From the NCBI RefSeq assembly GCF_018350175.1, contig NC_058368.1, positions 73,844,001 to 73,908,000 of the forward strand: a stretch of DNA of 64,000 nt. Reading direction: 5' to 3'. Both the position numbers and the translations under genes were made by a program. The notes under the pieces are model-generated. The model did not search any database. It saw only the letters and a program-made list of their open reading frames with translations, and was not told the origin of the DNA. Numbering within the stretch: the stretch's first letter is position 1; every line of letters starts with the position of its first letter. This stretch comes from Felis catus (taxonomy: Eukaryota). Below, piece after piece: positions 59,602 through 64,000 of this stretch.

Positions 59602-62600
59602 GAAGGTTACTGAAGAATTTCTTTCCTGTAATGGAGGCTCCCTCTCCCTTTATATGAAATTGGCGTAAACTCTTCTTGGGGAATCATCTGGGACGTGGGA
59701 AAATTCTTGAGTCCACGTTTTGTGGATCCCTTGATAATTCTGCATCCTAAGTTCTAGAAAATAGGCCTGGAAGCTTCTGAGGGCAGGCATGGTGAACTAC
59801 AAAATTTCTCTCCATTTACAGATGACTACATCAGTTGAGCGATATGGAGAGATTGTAAAAACTATCTCCAGATGTATCAGTAAATTTATGTTGACCGTAC
59901 TCAGGGGTATGTAAATAATCTGCTTCCATGACATCACCCACGCTAGTTCCCCTTGTCTTAAAATCAAACCAGTGAACACTAGGGGACACCCATGAAGACA
60001 AATCAGGAGGAAGAAGACCTGGAAGACTCATGTGACCTTTGCCTTCTTACTGATTTCTCTTCAGAAGTGGCCCAGGCTGTCAACTCCTATCGGTGGAGTG
60101 AGACCGTAAGATACATTTTTGAGAAGATGCTGATCTTTTGATGCTTTTGAAATTGGTTCGCGACCGAACTCCACTCCTGCTGTAGCAGGATATAGGGCAG
60201 AGTAATCAATGGGCTGAGTTTATTCATATTTGTGTTCCACTTGAGACATTTCCTTTCTGAGCGACCCCAGGGTCCAACACGTAACCACTGGGGAGGAGGG
60301 GGGAAGGTTTAATAACTCGAGTTTGGTAATGCGCATCCTTGTTTGCTAGGAAATTTGTGGGAAGATGCTCATTTTGTACAGGTCACAGAAAAGTCAGCCC
60401 GGAGATTTGCCACTTGCTATTTATAGAGCAGGTAATTTTTCTGGGGACGCATCCCTGGCACCCATAACTGAAGTGAACGACTTAGCCCTAAAAGGTTCAA
60501 GACCTTCTCAGGCATTCTATGAAACAAAACCTTTGAATTTCTGCCCTCTCCCTGCCCCCTCTGGGATGCCTTTTACCAAGAAGGGATAGTTGCTGTTCTG
60601 GAGCAGATGTTTGCAATTTGGGTTTCAAAGACTATTATCAAAGATAATAATCCTCCTCTGTCCCACCTGGTTAGCTCTGTCTTTGCATGAAAAGAATTGC
60701 AACTCAAGAAGAACAGTAAGCATAAAAGGAATCCATGCAAAGCTCACCCCAAAGAGACAGGAACCCTCCATAGGCTGAAACCAAAAGTCAAGAGGTTGCT
60801 AATGAAGGTCTGAGGGCAGCTGTGTCTTCTGGTGCCTTCGGGGCACAGCACTTTGTCTTGGTTTCCTGCTAAGAACTGGCCTTTGAAGACATTCAGCGTC
60901 AAAGGAGAGCTGTCAGAAAGGAAGGGTCCCTCCTCTTCATGGGGTGCACTTGCCCGCCCCCGTGAGCCATTCCGGACTGGTTCTGAGCGTAAGGGACATT
61001 TTCTTCACCGTGGAAGTGACCTGTCATTTGAAAGATTAAGGTCACTGAGTAAAAAGCTCCGTGTTGCTTACGACTGAGAAGTCATTGCAAGGGTCCCTGA
61101 CACCCAGGAGGGAACCAGTGTTGTCTGAAAGACCGAAAGAGGCGTAAAAAGTCAGAGAGGCGCGTCCCAGCAGCTACCTCGGAAAGAATGACCTCTTCTG
61201 TGTTTGAGGGCCGCTCATACTTATTATCAACCTCACGATCACTGGAATTTGATGAAAAAAGAATGCTGGTCTAAGGAGAACGTAAATCACTGTGCAGATT
61301 TCAATTTGTGATTAGCTGTATTTGTATAAAAATGTTCAGAGGTCTTGAACCATAAAAACTAAAAAGCATACCCAAGAAATAGCGATGGTCATCATCCTAA
61401 TGAGAGAAGACGTTAATAATTTACTGCTGGAGGAAAAATGATCAAAAAGGGATCCAGAGGCCCCAGGTGCTCCGTGGTGAAAAATATTTCTGAAGAAAAA
61501 TGGCAAGTGTACCTTCAAAAATAAAGATATTATTGAAATACCCTTTCTAATGGAATTATTTTTTTTTGATGCCCAAGAAGTCATGAATAATATTTAAAAA
61601 CAGAAAACATACTTCCTTTATAATCTTTTGCAAATCCTGTTGAATGTTAAGCTCTCCTTAAGCTCTGTTTACAAAGAATTCCAGCAATGTTCAACTTGAT
61701 ATGGTGGATTTACTTGTACTATGCAATTGGAAAATTGGCTGTTGTTCTCCTGAGGTTTTTGTTTTTTCTTTAAACAAGCTGAATTTCTGAAATTCATTAT
61801 TTTTTTTCAATAAATGCATAACTAATGTTATTAAAGCTATTCTACACCTTTCTACTACCTTTCATTTCCCTTGAAAGAGATAGGGGTTTGTGAGCTGATG
61901 TATAGGAAAAATCAATCAGAAAATACTTCAAAATTAGAATTCTTAGGCTGCCAGGCTCAGATTTTCCAGTAGGGGGCAAGAAAGTACTACATATAGAGTC
62001 CGGAGAGCCCTCCTGCTCCCACCCTGTACCTTTGCAAACCAATTAAGTTCCTGACTTGTGAAATGCTGAGCATGATAAGGAAAGCATATTTAAATCCATT
62101 AAATATAATCTTTTTCTTATATCAGAGGGCTATTAAGCATGATCTCTAGCTGCTCAGTGAATCTCTCTGGGAGAGAAAGAAATGAGTTTGGGGATTTGGG
62201 AAAGGCCAAGAGAATGGGATGAAACACTATGGGCAAGGTGTCATATCAGTTCTCCAGCAAACATGTTGCCAGAGCTCAGTGGTGATGCCCAACCCCCTCT
62301 CCACATCGCTGGGGGGAAAAAAAATCAACCCAACCTGTTAAAATGCTGGGTATCTTGTAAGACACTTTCCTGTACTGACATGTGCGTGCATAGTCATTGA
62401 AGTGTCCCTGCCTAAGTAGCTGCTTTTAGTCTAGCTTAGAGACACACATCATTCTATTTATGTGATGGATAATGAGTTCACACACATATTGGCCAATGCA
62501 ACCGAGAGAATCAATTACTCATAATTGATCCAAGCTGTAAACTTTCCAGTTATGGTTCAGGCATTTCATGATCGTCTATACAGTTCTTCCAGAGCAAATT

Positions 62601-64000
62601 CTAAATCAAACCTGGACTTTCTTTCTAGACTTTGTTGTTTTTTTAAGGACCACTAATTCAAATGCATTTTCCATGTTTGTTCCTCCGGCTAAATTCTTAA
62701 CTTTGACACAGTGCTTTTCCCTTTTTTCTCTAATTTTTCTAGAAGAAGTAGCCTATCAAATCAAATCAAATTACCTCATGATGCATTTGGTGTGTATATA
62801 TATATATACCCCAAAATATTATTTTGGAAAAGACTCAGTTGTATTGTTTAAAGTAGGGTATTGGCAATCATTTTGGTATATTATGATACATTTAAAAGGA
62901 AACATAATGCCATTTGTCATAAACTTCTACTCGTCCTTGGTTTGTATAATATTTATTGGCTATATAAGTCAATAGCTTCCACACGATCAGGTTATGTTCA
63001 CTTGGTTACTTGAAAAACAGATGGTTATTTGAACATAAACTAAAGTACTTAAGGGAAAGTATTTGAAGTACAATGATGCAGAGACTATGGTAAAGTTGTC
63101 TGAATCAGGTAAGTGGCTTCCCAAAGGACAGTGTCATATTTTATAATCTGTTCCTTGGGAATAAATTTGCTTTGTTTACATGACATTGTATTTCATATGA
63201 TTTACAGAGTCACTAAAAGAGAATGCTAAACTCAACTTCCTTTTAGAAGTAAATTCTAACTGTACGTATGCCGGTTTCATTTGTGACGGAAGCTTGGAAG
63301 ATCCAATTTAGGAATAAATACTCGGCATATTGGACTCATGGTCAATATCCTTGACCTTGTAAGCAGCTTCTATCTGACGAGTAAGCAAGACCGTCAAAGG
63401 AAGCAAAGAACTGGTTTACATATATTGGGGGGTTTATTTGGATTTATGTGGAAACGAATTTCTCTACTTTTTCCATGTTTGTTTTTATCTTATTTCTAAC
63501 CATAGTTTTGCTTGTTTTTCCTTTTCCAGGCAAGATTTTAATCTGTTCTTAGTAAGTCATCTGTACCAGGGTCACATTAAAATGCTTCTGATAAGCCCTC
63601 AGTAGATTTTTCTTCCTTCTTGACTTGTATTTATGGTACTTCTTCTTGCCTGTTAGAAAAATAGTCTCTGCGGATGTAGGGAAGAGACACGGAATGGTTC
63701 CTTTTTTAGTTCAAGTATTACCTACATGAAGAGGGGACCTGAAATTTGCTCACAGAGGTCTTCAGTAGATGGAGAGTTGTTTCTATTCATCTCTTGTCTA
63801 TAAGTTTGCATTAGCTTCCTTACTAGCAAATGTTTTAAAGCATCACCTAGATTGCATTTTTAATTATGATCCTTCATCTTTTAGAAGGCATTCTATATCT
63901 ATATCAAACTGCACTGTAAAAAACATCCCCAAGTAGATGATTCATGTTTTGAATATTCCAAAGTGGGGAACTACCCTGAAAAACTACTGTATTATCCTAT

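Noticed and set aside
62568..62975. 135-aa hydrophobic ORF
   Set aside because: Hydrophobicity follows from T-rich composition; no family recognised.
1..64000. CRISPR arrays, operons, tRNA/rRNA genes, NUMTs
   Set aside because: None seen. The DNA is mammalian, tRNA-like A/B boxes belong to SINEs, and no repeat-spacer array exists.

Overview
Mammalian nuclear DNA, not microbial. Fifteen tRNA-derived Can-SINEs of feliform type (SINEC_Fc-like; most with recognisable target-site duplications) point to a cat-family or closely related feliform genome. The window looks intronic or intergenic. I cannot support any protein-coding gene, RNA gene or CRISPR array, and the supplied ORFs are explained by SINEs, L1, microsatellites or chance. 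Much of the sequence is old eutherian repeat: L2, MIR, L3/CR1, L1M, MLT1, LTR16, LTR33, MER31-group LTRs, MER5/MER20/MER58 and Tigger. Repeat family names come from recalled consensus sequences and need RepeatMasker/Dfam confirmation; boundaries of old repeats are approximate. I found no convincing novel biological system. The best leads are: a Tigger-like MITE I cannot assign to a family; an L1 whose 5'UTR-ORF1 joins directly to its 3' end; a perfect 30-bp inverted identity between two old LTRs; a dispersed 48-bp duplication carrying a splice donor; a possible spliced 45-aa small ORF near 59.8-63.5 kb; an unidentified coding-like island at 52.3-53.1 kb; and candidate CTCF and TCF/SOX sites. 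All remain unverified hypotheses.
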